Origin: Octopus bimaculoides
Lineage: Eukaryota
Direction of reading: 5' to 3'
NCBI RefSeq assembly: GCF_001194135.2
Contig: NC_068989.1
Coordinates: 38,996,045 to 39,050,958 of the forward strand
Length of the DNA: 54,914 nt
Below the pieces are notes generated by a model. It was not told where the DNA came from and made no database searches. It saw nothing but the letters and a program-made list of their open reading frames with translations. Shown here one piece after another: positions 24,801 through 38,445 of this stretch (its first letter is position 1; each line of letters opens with the position of its first letter). A program made the translations under genes and the position numbers.

Positions 24801-27693
24801 TCTACTCTCCCAAATATTTTCAGCTTTCCAGCTTTTATTCATAATGGTCCTGCTGCTTTTTCTTATTTTTATATCTTTAATGTCTCTTTTCAAACTGGTG
24901 TCTTTGTGTAAATGAAAGAAATAATAAGGGTGCTCCCTCTTCTAACAGCAATAATTTGCAAACTATTTATGGCTGGTGGGAATGAACTAACTAGCTAACT
25001 GGGCTGGGACACCTTTGAGATGCTTGGATGTTCTCAGATTAGAAATACAGAATCAATGACAGACTGATAAAATTGATGCCATTTACCATTTGGCTAGTTG
25101 TCGTTAATGTTTCAATCAGCTGCAATTTTATAACTAATTAAAGTGAACAATATTTTATATTTAACATAATAAAGAAGTAAAATATAATTAAAAATAACTT
25201 GATATATTCCTCTATTCACTATGAATTTATCACTATAAATTAGTTTAATTTGTAAAGTATATCAAAAGACCATTGACAGACCATAAAATTTAATATATGG
25301 AGAAATAAAAAAAAGAAACAATAATACTTAAACAGTGTTTGATTTTAAGATACTTTTCACAATCTAATTAAATGTTGTAGAAAAAGGGAAAATAAATTCA
25401 TTAACATTGCTGGTTTGTGCACAAATCAGTAGTGCATCAGACAAAATTCCTAGTGGTATTCTATTATATCTCTTTACAGTGTGAGTTCACTTTTCATTAA
25501 GGTTAATTTTATCTTTCATCCTTCATAGCTAATTGAATAAATATTAGTTAAGCATTGTTGCATTTGATCAAACAGGTCACACCATCCTTCAAAATTTTGT
25601 CTGTGAGAAAAGTCTTAGAAATTCTTATATAGACAGGTGTTGGGGTGATGTAGAGTGTCAATAGTTACAAGATCCTAACAAGGTTGGACCTAATCTCTCA
25701 ACGCTCTCTGTTCAGAACTTGCTTAAATCACATGATGTTGTTTTTCCCAGATCAGTCATGATCAGATAGACTGGCCTGTGTGGTTAACAAGTTCTCTTTA
25801 TAACCACATGGTTCTGGGTTCAATCCCATTGCATTTCACCTTGGGCTAATATCTTCTGTAATAACTTAGGATTGACCAATACGATGCAAGTGGAATCTGG
25901 TTGATCAAAATTGTGTGAAGCCCTGTTATGTGTCTTTTGCAGAAGAATACATATTTTGTCCAAAGATATAAACATTTATGAGAAACAGAAACAAGGCAAT
26001 GAAATGGTGACACTTCCTCTCACCATCAGAAATGCAGTGAATCAGTGATTGACTCATTGCTTATAGTAACTAACGATGCCATTATTCAAAAACTGTAGGG
26101 TAAAATAAAATTGGTTCCATGATCAAATGTTTTCCAGTCATGACCATCATATTTTTATGACTGTCACATTACTGATATAGCGTTTTTAATGGTGGTGAAC
26201 TGGCAGTTATTAAAGTGTTGTTATTCAAGTACTTTCTGCACTCTGGGTTCAGGTCCCACTGAGGTCAACTTTGTCTATAATCCTTTCAAGAATTATAAAA
26301 GGTGATTAAAAATATCAATAAAAAAGTACCATTCCAAGGGAGTGAATTGATGGAAGTGTTACAGAGTCAGGCAAAAAACCCTGCAGTGTCTGTTCTGGTT
26401 CTACGTTTTCCAACACCAACAGTACTGGTACAAGCTGTACTGGTTCAAATTGGTGGCCTTCCTCTTGAATAAGCATCAGTGGCATGGAGAGAAGATAGCT
26501 GTATGCAAAAACAACTGCCAGACTTCCTCAATAAATCTTGTCCAAGCCTGCACATACATGTGCACATAAGTGGTTAACATTGAACTACATGGGCTTTATA
26601 TAATTTTTCCTATGATTACATTATCCAATGTAGCTCTCACCTCCTAAAATGATAAGTTCTAATCTAAGAGAGACTTAGCTCAGGCTTGATCAGTTATATA
26701 CCATGTATGTAATACAGTCAGTTCAATAAACTGTACCCCTCACCTACAAATTTATAGCTTTGTGCTAATCTTTGCTTGTAGAGGAACACGTATGGTTTAA
26801 TATCTGTTTGAAGTATATTTTTATTAAATAGATTTTTGTGTTTTAGCACTTATTATACTTGAGTCACCCTTAATTAGCAACTGATTTCAGCTGAGTTTAT
26901 GTGTTTGGACTAAAAACAATGACACAGAGTAAAATCATTGCAGCCATTAAAAAAAAACATACAAGATTGTATTATGTTCCATTTATTATCATATTGTAAT
27001 AATAATATATATAATTAGATATCAAAGTCTGTTAGTTTGATGTAATGTAGCCAGTGATACTCTGATTCATTGTGTCTCATATTGTATTCTATTGTAGAAA
27101 TTATGTTCTAGAATATAAAGGTGACGTAATTAGGCACCACAAGGAATTTTATTCCTTTCTCTGTCTTATTCAGTCAATCAACTACCGTTGCCCTTATTAT
27201 AACATTTCTTTGTCTAATAAAACAATGGGTCTTCTCCCTTAAAGACTTGCTTCAATCAGTATTGGCAGTGCAGCATCTTTTGTGATTCTAGAGACACACA
27301 TGAGAGTGACAGTCATGGTTGTAGTGGTTACATTTGAATGCTATGATGATCAGTATTTTCCTTGAGGTGTTTTCATTTTATCTTTTGAGAGTGAACTTTT
27401 CTTTAGCAGCATACCACAGCTTCCTCTTGTTAAACCACCACTAAGTTCCAGTCTCTTGTGAGATCGATTTCACTTGAAATCTTCTCCTACTTCCCAGTGT
27501 AACTTTATGCCTCTTGCAGACAACTTTGAAACAAACATGGAAATTACCTTTGTACTCTCTTGCTGAAAGCTAGTTCCCCTTACAACATGGTTTTGGGGGA
27601 TACTCCTATCTGAAGCATGATGTAAATAGCTCCCAGTGAAGATAAAAAGACTGAGTAGATTAGCAAAGACCAGGAACTTATAACTGATGAATT

Positions 27694-27823
27694 GAGTGGG
27701 AAGGATACCATTGAGCTGAAGAGAATAGAGAAAGTTTGATGGATAGTTAATAGCATTGGCAACTACAGATTTTAACCCCCTGCACCATATGGATTGGACT
27801 GGTACTTGTTGAATGATGGTAAC
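27694..27823 (-). repeat. 130-bp inverted copy of Helitron-internal segment 30407-30536
   Basis: Reverse complement of 30407-30536 matches at 127/130 positions (3 transitions, no indels); flanks do not align. Confidence 0.95.
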
Positions 27824-27984
27824 TTGATATCTAAAATTAATTTCAGGCTTTAAAAATGCTTTAAAAAACCAGTATTGTTGAAGATGAAGGTTCTATTGAC
27901 TGCAAACTTAATGTTTATCATCAACTTGCTATTCTCACAGACTTCAGGTCATTCTTGCAAGTTTCTCTTCTTAACTTAGTGACT

Positions 27985-28284
27985 AAGTTCCTTTTCAGTG
28001 TTGGGTCTCATGGAGGCATTGATCAAGACCTTTGGCATTATGTTGTACTTGAGAAGACCCATCAAGCCGAGCAAAATTACAGCCATGGCTGATACTGGTG
28101 TCACACAAATGGCACCCATGCCTGATGCATATAAAAGCAACAATGTGTTAGGAAGGACATCAGCCATAGAAAACCATGCCAAATCAGACTGGAGTCTGGT
28201 GCAGTTTTCCAGCTTACCTGTCCTGGTCAGACCATCCAATGGACGTTAAATGATAATGATGATGATGATGATGATGATGATGAT
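27985..28284 (+). mobile_element. RTE 3'-UTR/tail fragment ending in (GAT)n
   Basis: Matches the 3' end of the 18342-20036 RTE (gaaaccatgccaaatcagactggagtctggtgcag...ggacgttaaatgat). Confidence 0.85.
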
Positions 28285-28618
28285 AAATTTAAGAAGAGAC
28301 TGACCATGATGTTTGTGCCAAGGTAGGAGAACTCAGGCACAAACTCCAGCTCAGTTGTTGATCATAATAACAGGGACAGAGATATTCAATGCCTTGGCCC
28401 AATACATTGAACTGTCCAGGCTAATAGCCAGGTTCAAAGTCCTGAAAAGCTTTTGAGAAGCTGTCCATAAGGTCTTCTGAGGATAAGTAATAATTATTGG
28501 GCAAGGTTAGAATATTTATAAATTGCAAAATGACAAAAATCTTAATATGGAAATATTAGAATTATTTTTTAAAATATCAAAAATTCAATATGTGGAAACA
28601 GTTATATTTTCAATCAAT

Positions 28619-28661
<43 letters not shown>

Positions 28662-29269
28662 TCTCTCTCTCTCTCACACACCCACCTTTCATGTATTAAT
28701 TACTTTTGAAGGTGAAGTTTCCTAGCAAGTTAATTGAGTTGTGTATTTTCACTTGTCAGTCAAGTGGAAACACAGGACTTACTGGGAAATTTCGACTTCA
28801 AAAGTGAAAAAGCCTATAAATTCTACTTGACATATTGTATATTTTCATCTCTCATGTATGTGTAGCTATGTGTGTGTTGATGATATGTATGTAGAACGTT
28901 GTTATTATTAAAATTTCACATTTAAAAGTCATATCTTCAAAAATTAGTACATAATTTCAAGTATCATTCAAATTAGTTATAGACATTGGAAGAGTACAAA
29001 TAATTCATTATTAATATTTCATACAAATTTAGATTTGAAACAATGAAAGAATATCTTATTTTCTATCCACTGTGGTATTTGAAACTCTGTATTAACTTTT
29101 GAAAGTATGGGTTTTTGAAGAATTTTACTAACCTTTTAGAATTTTGAAACTTATTAAAATATTGTGTAGAAGCTTCTCTCAGATAGCTTCTTCATAATAC
29201 CTATGGCTTATCTTTATTTTAGGACATCAAAATAGTCATTTGTTATGTCTGTACATGTGTAAAATGAAG

Positions 29270-30935
29270 GTTGTCACTCAAGTTGTTTTTTAGAAGATGA
29301 CACAGCTGGAACAGTTAACTTAGAAAGCCCTGTAGTATCACATTCCCAAGCATAACAAAGAGCCTCTTTACTATTATTTCTATGCCTGTTCACCATCCAG
29401 TCCTCAGCAACTATGGCATAATCATCAGAAAAGCATGACAGAAGAAAATGTATCAAGCTAATCAAGTGTCAAAAAGCACATACCTCTGCCATATACAAGA
29501 ACTATTCCTCATTGAAAATACTGTGCATTCCCTGACTTACAAGGATGCTGTTCAGTGCTGACCCCTAATTTCTAAACAAACTGCACCTGCAACTCTTAAG
29601 CAAAAATTTTTCAGGCAACCCAGAACCTTAACGTTCAACAACTAGAATAGTATGTCTACCGAAATAAATCAGTCTTGATTCCAGATAAAAAAAATATATA
29701 TTTTAACAAGAATCAGACAATTGGCAACAACTTCTGCCAGAAGAAAAGTTTTACATGATGCTTTTGGTGTAACAGACAACATTTTTTTAATCAACCTAAT
29801 CTTGCCAGAAAGTGTGTTCGCTCAAATACATGGCTTTTGCAGTGGACTTAGATAGAATTGGTGCAAATTTGTACAGAGATAACAGAACTGCTCATTCTAA
29901 TTTTAAGCTGCCACTCAACCTTGCAACTTGTAATATTGGCAAAGGATTTGGATATGCAGATATTCTGAAGTAGACCAAGCTGAGTGTGTGAGATGAGTGC
30001 ACAACATTAGAATCTCTTATTCTCACTTTGCAATATCTCAACACCAACATCAAAGGTGGAGTTACAGTCTTGCTCTCTGGTTATTTCTGACAAACTCTGC
30101 CAATCATCTGAAGGATATATACACTCACTGATGAGTTGAGAGCAAGCTACAAAGAAATTTACATTTTTCTACGCATGAGAGTTGTACTAAAGAGATGCCT
30201 CAGTATTTCTGTTTGTAAAAGTTTTGTTTCAATTCAGAGCAGTCGCAAATTGACATTGACAAAACATCGTGGAATATAATCATCGATATGTTTCAAGAAA
30301 TGGTACTGAAAATTTTTCTGGCCTCTCACAGAATTATAGATACCATGAGTGGCTTTCTAAATAGTTAATCCAAGCTCCCCAAAATCCCACTGTACCAGAT
30401 ATTATTGTTACCATCATTCAACAAGTACCAGTCCAATCCATATGGTGCAGAGGGTTAAAATCTGTAGTTGTCAATGCTATTAACTATCCATCAGACTTTC
30501 TCTATTCTCTTCAGCTCAATGGTATCCTTCCCACTCTATCTGCAACTTGAAAGTTGGAGGAACCAATATATAGCAGCAAAATATGGATGTACCGAAACTC
30601 TGTAACAGTACAAAGTAATTGTCAAAATTCTTATCTCACAAAAACCACCATTATAACTAGTTGTGTGAAGGAAGTTGTTTTTATTTCACACATTCTCTTT
30701 ATCCCATCAAATATGCTATTTCAGTTTAAGTACCTTCAGTTTCCTGTGAAACTGAATTTTTCAGCAAGTTTCAGTGACAATAACAGTGTTACTGGAACTG
30801 AATTGATAAGTCCATGTTTCTTTTATGACCAGCTCTATGTAGCATTGCATGTGTATTGGGTCAAGCAGACATCTTTCCATGAGAAAACTGAACCATAGAA
30901 CAAGAAGGGTTGTTTCCCTCAGAGATCTTGCTGAA
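29270..30935 (+). mobile_element. Decayed Helitron RepHel fragment: linker plus most of the PIF1-type helicase
   Basis: LEDD../ACSPSSPQQLWHNHQKSMTEE; DAFGVTDNIFLINLIL (eroded Walker A, 29757); RTAHSNFKLPLNL (29884); V*DECT (Walker B, 29989); GGVTVLLSGYF*QTLPII (30055); NYRYHEWL; NYPSDFLYSL (30482); LKVG..PKLCNST; VFISHILFIPSNMLFQFKYLQFPVKL; PCFFYDQLYVAL. Many stops and frameshifts; no termini found. Confidence 0.88.
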
Positions 30936-32085
30936 TAATTTACATTCCTGTTAAAATTGCTTTTGTTACATGTGTTGCATATCAATGCAGAATTAAATGT
31001 AAATACATATGTGCTTCGTATTTTCTTGAGTCAGGAAATTAAAATTATCAGCAAACATAGTGTCAAGAGCTTAACATACAAACCTGGAAATATTCAACTT
31101 CAGATAAGTATTTGCATTACAATAAAAATATATATGTAAATATAATTACATACAAAGCACTAAATAAATAATAACTATATGTTAAACCATCTAATTTTAG
31201 AAAAATGGTTTCTGCATATTCAGCAACCAAGTAATAGATGCTGGTGCTATGTAAAAAGCACATGTGTTGGTTCCATATTAAAAGCACTTGTGCAAAAAGC
31301 ACCAGTGCTGATGCCATATAAAAAGCACTCAGTGCACTTTGTAAAGTTGGTATTAAGAAGGGCATCGAGATGTAGAAACCATGCCAAAACAGACAAATGG
31401 TGCTTGGTGTATCTCTAACTTACCAGTTCCTCCTGAACTATCCACTCATGGAGAATGGTCATTAAAGGATAATGATGGTGATGATATATAATACAAGTCT
31501 ATCTATCTAGCTGTATGCATTTATACTCACACACATAATATTATATATTAAATTAAATGATAAATCTGATTTATTTTGGATAGCCATAATATTAATTCAT
31601 TTTTACATTCGTGATCTTTTCACTTGCTTTTAGCCAGTGTTTCTTTTAAATGCCACCAAGTTTCATCTCATAAACATTTCATTATGAATACCTTATGTAG
31701 TCCAGTAATGAATTTATTTTAATTTAAAGAGTTTCTATTTATTATTCTTACTGAAATTAAATTAGATACTGTATAGGTTATTTATTTGATGTTAATTATT
31801 TTACAGTTATTAAGTTAATTTTAGTAGTGATTTTTTTTTTTTATATATAAATAAAAGTTGTTCATATTCTTCCAACCTTGATTCTTTAGTTTTAATTGAT
31901 AAATGTAGCGACTTTTTCTCTCTGCATATACTACAAAATATATTTTTAGCATAACATTTAGTTGTTCTCTTAGAATTTTCATATTTTCTTTTCTCCTTTG
32001 TTTCATTCCTAATTAATTTCTTCATCTTCTGTGCTGTTCCAATAATGAAATAGTTTTATATGATTTGAAGTTTATTTTTTTCATT

Positions 32086-32697
32086 NNNNNNNNNNNNNNN
32101 NNNNNNNNNNNNNNNNNNNNNNNNNNNNNNNNNNNNNNNNNNNNNNNNNNNNNNNNNNNNNNNNNNNNNNNNNNNNNNNNNNNNNNNNNNNNNNNNNNNN
32201 NNNNNNNNNNNNNNNNNNNNNNNNNNNNNNNNNNNNNNNNNNNNNNNNNNNNNNNNNNNNNNNNNNNNNNNNNNNNNNNNNNNNNNNNNNNNNNNNNNNN
32301 NNNNNNNNNNNNNNNNNNNNNNNNNNNNNNNNNNNNNNNNNNNNNNNNNNNNNNNNNNNNNNNNNNNNNNNNNNNNNNNNNNNNNNNNNNNNNNNNNNNN
32401 NNNNNNNNNNNNNNNNNNNNNNNNNNNNNNNNNNNNNNNNNNNNNNNNNNNNNNNNNNNNNNNNNNNNNNNNNNNNNNNNNNNNNNNNNNNNNNNNNNNN
32501 NNNNNNNNNNNNNNNNNNNNNNNNNNNNNNNNNNNNNNNNNNNNNNNNNNNNNNNNNNNNNNNNNNNNNNNNNNNNNNNNNNNNNNNNNNNNNNNNNNNN
32601 NNNNNNNNNNNNNNNNNNNNNNNNNNNNNNNNNNNNNNNNNNNNNNNNNNNNNNNNNNNNNNNNNNNNNNNNNNNNNNNNNNNNNNNNNNNNNNNNN
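32086..32697. other. Assembly gap (612 N)
   Basis: N run preceded by T-rich sequence and followed by (TA)n. Confidence 1.
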
Positions 32698-32731
<34 letters not shown>

Positions 32732-32892
32732 TATAGACAGAACCAGTGCTGGTGTGTTTACTTAGCAGTTCAGCAAAAGAGACTCATAGAATAAGTATCA
32801 GTATTTAAAAAAGTTAAAAAAGTATTGGGATCAATTCACTAATATTCTTCAAAGTGTTGCCCCAACATGACTGAAACAAGTATACATGTATT

Positions 32893-34045
32893 GTCATCAT
32901 CGTCATCATTTCACTTCTGCTTTCCATGCTGGCATGGGTTGGGCAGTTTGGCAGGACCTGACAAGCTGCAGAACTGTGTCAGGCCCCAGTGTCAGGATGC
33001 TGAGGTGTGTGTGAGGAGAGAACTGACATGGATAAATTGTGTGTTGGGCCCAGTGCCTACAGGCTTAGGTATAATACATTCCGGACCTCACTTTCACCAT
33101 GATGGACAGGTCTTCTTGAGCACAGCAAATTGCCAATCCTCTTAGCCTTTTGAGTTCTCTAAGAAGGGTTAACATCTTGAGATTATCATGATGGATGGGT
33201 CTTTTTAAGCACAGTGAATCGCCAATTGTCTTGGTTCTTTGTCTCCTCCTCAATGGGAATTTTCTCTCACCACCTTGTCTCATGTCTTCCAGGTATCTCT
33301 TTTATATAAGTTCCATCCACTGTGAGTGATCAGCATTTTGGCCTCATCTATACACATAACATGATCAAATCTCTACTGTCTTCTCTCTTGCACACTACAT
33401 CTAATTCCTCTCGTGCTTAATTTTTCTCTCGACACATTTGCATTTTGCTGTACAACCACACTGGCATTGCACATCGCATGTAGCATACAAGTTCCATTCC
33501 TTTCTAGCCCTTATATGCCCTCTGCATGCAAAACACATGTTTATCTACCATGTAGCATTATTTTTTTATACACAAGCATCATACAATCTGCTTTTCACTC
33601 TGAGAGAGATAGAGAGAAATTTTGCAGCCAACAGAGGTAATAACTCTCTGAATTTCCTCTACTTTATTTTTATTTTAGCATCTATAATTTCAGAGCATTC
33701 TTCTTCACTGCAAATTAGGTCACCTGAGCAACAGATACCATCTATTTCCTCTAGAGGTCTCTTGAAAATTTGAGAAAGTCTATTTCATATTTGTCTTTAG
33801 TCTTTATAGCCTCTGCACATCTTCCACATGCAATGACTACTTTCTTTGTTAACCTTCATATGATTCCACTGCACCCTTGTGTGTCCTTAGCTTGCATTGG
33901 GTACACTGTATGGAAATTTCTACCTATGCATTTCCTACATACTGAGTAAGGCCATTTACTTGATAGGAAGAGAGTCCTATTAATTTTCTTGTTTACCACT
34001 TATTTTGCTTTTGCTGGATTAACCTTAAGGCTCTTTGAACTTAAC
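32893..34045 (-). mobile_element. RTE-clade LINE relic from late RT to 3' tail
   Basis: Minus strand reads SLKVNPAK..KWPYSVCRKCIGRN/IQCTQCKLRTHK/CSGII*RLT..CGRC. Co-linear with 18342-19700; (CAT)n terminus at about 32893-32915. Confidence 0.85.
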
Positions 34046-34732
34046 AAAACTCCAGTTCTTTCATCCATTTTGTAATCTGATGTACATATACAGGCTGCAA
34101 GAAAGTTCTATCATTCTAATATACAACACTTACTAAATTTCTACTGCTTTCTTTCTTTTTCCCCCACCCTTTCTCTTCACACACACACATACATTTGTAT
34201 AGTTTAATCTCAGCAGAAGGCTACAAAACTGATTTAAAGGTTCAGAGTTTCATGCATGACACTTATGAAATTCTTTGAGTGTGTTTGTTTGTGTCCTGGT
34301 TGTGTAGAAGTTCACTTCATAACCACATAGTTTAGAGCATTTACCAATTGTGTGGCACTTTTTTTATAGCCTCAGTCTTACATGGATGGATGGATGGATG
34401 GATGGACAGACTGGCTCTCAGCTTTGAAATCTAACAGGGAGTGCTAACTCCAGCATTACTATAGACACAATAAGGAAAGAAATGACTTATTCCTTCACTA
34501 CTATGATAGGGGAACATTCTCTGCCTTTACCATTTTAATATTTAAGTAAGTTTTTTGACCCCTCTTAACAGAGTAGTTATGTTTGATATCATAACACTGT
34601 CTAATATCAATTATAGATCTTAAGAATTATATATATTTGTTATGCAGTTTCTGAAGATTTGATTTTGTAATTGGTTTATAAAATTCTTTTTATCATTATA
34701 TTCTCTAATTTTGTGGTTTTCTGTATTTATTG

Positions 34733-35138
34733 GGCAGGTGTGACAATGTGCTAAGAAGTTTGCTTCCATACCACATGGTTCCAAGTTCAGCCCCACTGCA
34801 TAGCAGCTTGGGCAAGTGTCATCTACTATAGCTTTGGGTTGACTGAAGTCACATGAGTGGATTTGGGAGACAGAATCTGAAACAAGCCCATAGTGTATAC
34901 ATGTGCGTGTACGTCTAACTATATGTGTATGTTTTTGTGAATGTCCCCCACTACAGATTGAGAACTAGTGTTGGTTCATTTACATCCCTGTAACTTGGTA
35001 GTTCAGCAAAAGATACCAATAGAATAAGTGCCAGCCTAAAAGAATTAGTACTGGTGTTGATTTGCTAGACTAAAAACTTCAAAGTGGTGCCTCAGCATGA
35101 CCACAGTCCAATGACTGAAACAAATAAAAGATAAAAGA
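34733..35138 (+). mobile_element. SINE family A copy
   Basis: Full head-to-tail match, ending aaaagataaaagac. Confidence 0.85.
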
Positions 35139-35420
35139 CCTGTGCATACATATATGTGTGTGTGTGTGTGTGTGTGTATACATTCTTAATATGCGAGAAA
35201 GGTAGTCTAAGATAGGTGAGATGGAACATTGTGTGGTTTCATGGCTGGTAGGATAGAATCGAAGGTTATCTCAGACATGTTACCATTGATGGAACATAGA
35301 ATAACTGAAGTGAGATGTTAACTTTTAAGGGCGTATTTATTTAAGAAAATATGTATGAGGTGATATCTGTGTGCATGTGCTTGTGTGTATATATAATATA
35401 TATATATATATATATTTATA

Positions 35421-35464
<44 letters not shown>

Positions 35465-36403
35465 GTGCATGTGAAGTATTAGAAATTGGTTTGAAAAATC
35501 CTATCGATTGCTTTTCAGGCACAACAGACCATAACTTACTAAAATGTGATTAGAAATGTTTTTTGTTTGCTGTATTAACTGAATGTGAGATCTATGGCCC
35601 AGCTGAGTTAAACTTTGTTGAAAATATTGATCGAGCTGGTTGTTGAAATATTAAAAATAAGATTAAATCAGATTTATCACATAACTCATCCTCTCTGATT
35701 ATCTGTCTCCTTCTCTCTATATATTACGTGTATGTTTGTGTGTGTGTATGCATACATATATGTATGTATGTATATATGTGTGTGTCTGTGTGTGAATACA
35801 TTAATGAAATAGAAACAAAGATTCATTGAATGCTTCAATAAAACTTTGATAGAAATGAAATGTACATGTAATCAACTGACTTCACCTTTTTAAAGATATT
35901 CATGATTTTGTCATTGATGATGTTATGATTTGATAAATAGATATTGTTAACTGTAACATGGGAGCTAATAATAACAATATTACTAAATATACATTAATTA
36001 AATGTGCTTATTTAAATCCAGTTGTTGTTTTTCAATGAAAGGAGACATCTTATTGATCTGCTATTGTTTAAATGTTCTGTATAGCAATGTACAAGAAAGT
36101 TTTAAAATTTCATTGCTGATTATCAGTGCATATAGTTATATGTTCACAGAGATAGTTGTCTGTAGCCTGGAAATTGAATTTGCTCACAGTGCAGTGTCAT
36201 TTGTTCTTTTTTAAAGTTTATTCTTGTTTCACTACATAATTCTCTACACATACCAAACAAATTATTATATAAATTAGGTTTCCAGAAGTAAAGTAAAATT
36301 TTTATGGTATTCATTGCTTTCAGAGAAGTTAAGACACATTCTACAGCTAAGTTACCCACACTTTTCACTATTAGTTCTATTGCTATTGAATATGATATGG
36401 CAT

Positions 36404-36758
36404 AGGCACAACCATTGCTGTGTGGCTGAGATGCTTTATGTGCACACACATAGTTTTGTGTTCAGTCTCACTGCATGGCATCTTTGGAAAGTGCCTTTTA
36501 CTACAGGACCAGGCTGTCCAATAACTTACACAGGGACCGTGAGCAAACCTGTTGTGCATATGTTTGTGTGTGTTCATGCATGTGTCTTTGTGTTTGTCCC
36601 TACCTTCACTGTTTGACAACCAGTGTTGGCTTGTTTATGTTACTGTGACTTAATGGCTTAGCAAAAGAGGCCAATACAATAAGAACCAGAGTTTAAAAAC
36701 TCACATCAAGGCAGTACCCCAATATAGCTGTGGTCCAAAGACTGAAACAGTTAAAGAC
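36404..36758 (+). mobile_element. SINE family A copy (diverged)
   Basis: Head, (TG)n middle and tail are recognisable. Further partial copies near 1171-1329(-), 4505-4650, 4930-5090, 6130-6190(-), 25770-25930, 32735-32880, 42900-43050, 44146-44330 and 44645-44738. Confidence 0.75.
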
Positions 36759-38078
36759 AACAATATGTTCATACTCTCTTTGATGATTTCAGGTTTTCAT
36801 TTTTTTTTATATGTATATATGTTTGGAGAATCTGTTTAATCCTGGCATCATTTTGCAGTATTGGTACATTTTTAAGAATAATATAGGTTGCTCCTGAAGT
36901 TTATAGGACACTGAGTAAAGTCATATAGTATCATATTTGATTCTTGTGTGTCATTTTGTTTTATTTTCCTAAGTATCTGGACATCAACTGTCTTGGCATG
37001 TTGTATACCATCATCTATTAACACAGTCAAATAGTGTCTGTCATATATCTTTAAGCTCTTGAAGTTGGATTTTATGTCTATTTCTATCAGACTCAACTGT
37101 CATATCCTCTTGGCTAAATTGAAAGGAATATTTGTTTTAGAGTGTTTTGTGTGACATGGGGTAAAGAGTAGATATTGCTTCAAGCCTGTACATTTATATT
37201 ATATGTCTGTTTCAATTCAATTGTTGAACACCATTATTAAACTATCTAAAAACTTGGTTTCTTTTGACTATTCCATAGTGAATTGAATGTTATTACTGAT
37301 TACATTAAGTCATATTTTAAATTCATTTAATTTCTCTGTGCTTTCATTCCGTAGATTAAAGCAATTGTCTACAAATCTTTTCCAGTTCTCTTTTGTATAT
37401 TGATTGAAAAATTTCAATATTTTCATGATAATCTTGTTACATTATAATTTTCAAATATCTTGATGTAATATCATGTGTTGAAACAGATGTTGCTGTATTT
37501 TAGAACAGTCATTTTACCAACAAAATCACATGGGTTGGTTGCATTTCACTTCTTTTTATAATTATTAGTTGATGTAATTAACAAATTAATGAATATATTG
37601 CTTGATTAATGGTTTGATCATCAATCAGTTGGTCCATTAGAGTTCCTTCATTACAGTCAGTGATCTGTGACTTTATTGATGAAATATCCTTATCTGCTTC
37701 TTTTTTTGTCTCAATCTCAGAAGATCAGATGAGAGCATATCATCATCAAGATCACAGACGCTGATGAAAGGATTCCAATGAATCAGATTATTGATTCATC
37801 AAATGATTGATCAAACAATGTATTAGTTAATTAATTAACTAGTTGACTGATAATAACAGCAGTGCAGCAACAACAATGATATTTATGACTTATTTGCTGC
37901 AGGGACAACAGATGAGGGCAGCATTACAAGGACAATTTAGAATTTATATGGGGATCTGCATAAAAAGATGAGGGAAAGAAATGGAGATGATTTATCAAGT
38001 ATACATGGTATACAAAATATATGATACAGTCCTCCTGATATAAGAGAACCTCCTACTAGAGCCAACGATAATAATAAT

Positions 38079-38445
38079 AATCCTTTCTACAATAGGCACA
38101 AGGCCTGAAATTTTGGGGTGGGAGCTAGTCAATTACATCGATCCCAGTGCATAACCGGTACTTATTTCATCGACTCCAAAGCAATGAAAGGCAAAGTCGA
38201 CCTGGGCAGAATTTGAACTCAGAACATAAGGACAGACAAAAAGCTGGTAAGTATTTTGCCCAGCATGCTATAGATTCTGCTAGCTCACCTCATTATAATT
38301 AATAACTATAATGATTATCATTATTACTATTATTATTATTATTATTATTAATTAAGGTGGTGAACTGACAGAACCGTTAGCATGCTGGACAAAATGCTTA
38401 GTTGCATTTCATCAATTTGAGTTCAAATTCCACCGAGGTTGGCTT
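38079..38445. mobile_element. Head-to-head pair of SINE family B copies (38079-38292 minus; 38354-38445 plus, partial)
   Basis: Both match family B and are separated by about 60 bp of ATA/TAT repeat. Confidence 0.85.

Noticed and set aside
27694-30536. 2.8-kb DNA transposon with 130-bp TIRs (or piggyBac ends at the internal TTAACCC)
   Set aside because: No TSD, and the right arm is an in-register internal part of the Helitron helicase.
32022-32736. Long ORFs of 215-236 aa (also 13082-13408)
   Set aside because: Artefacts of N runs.
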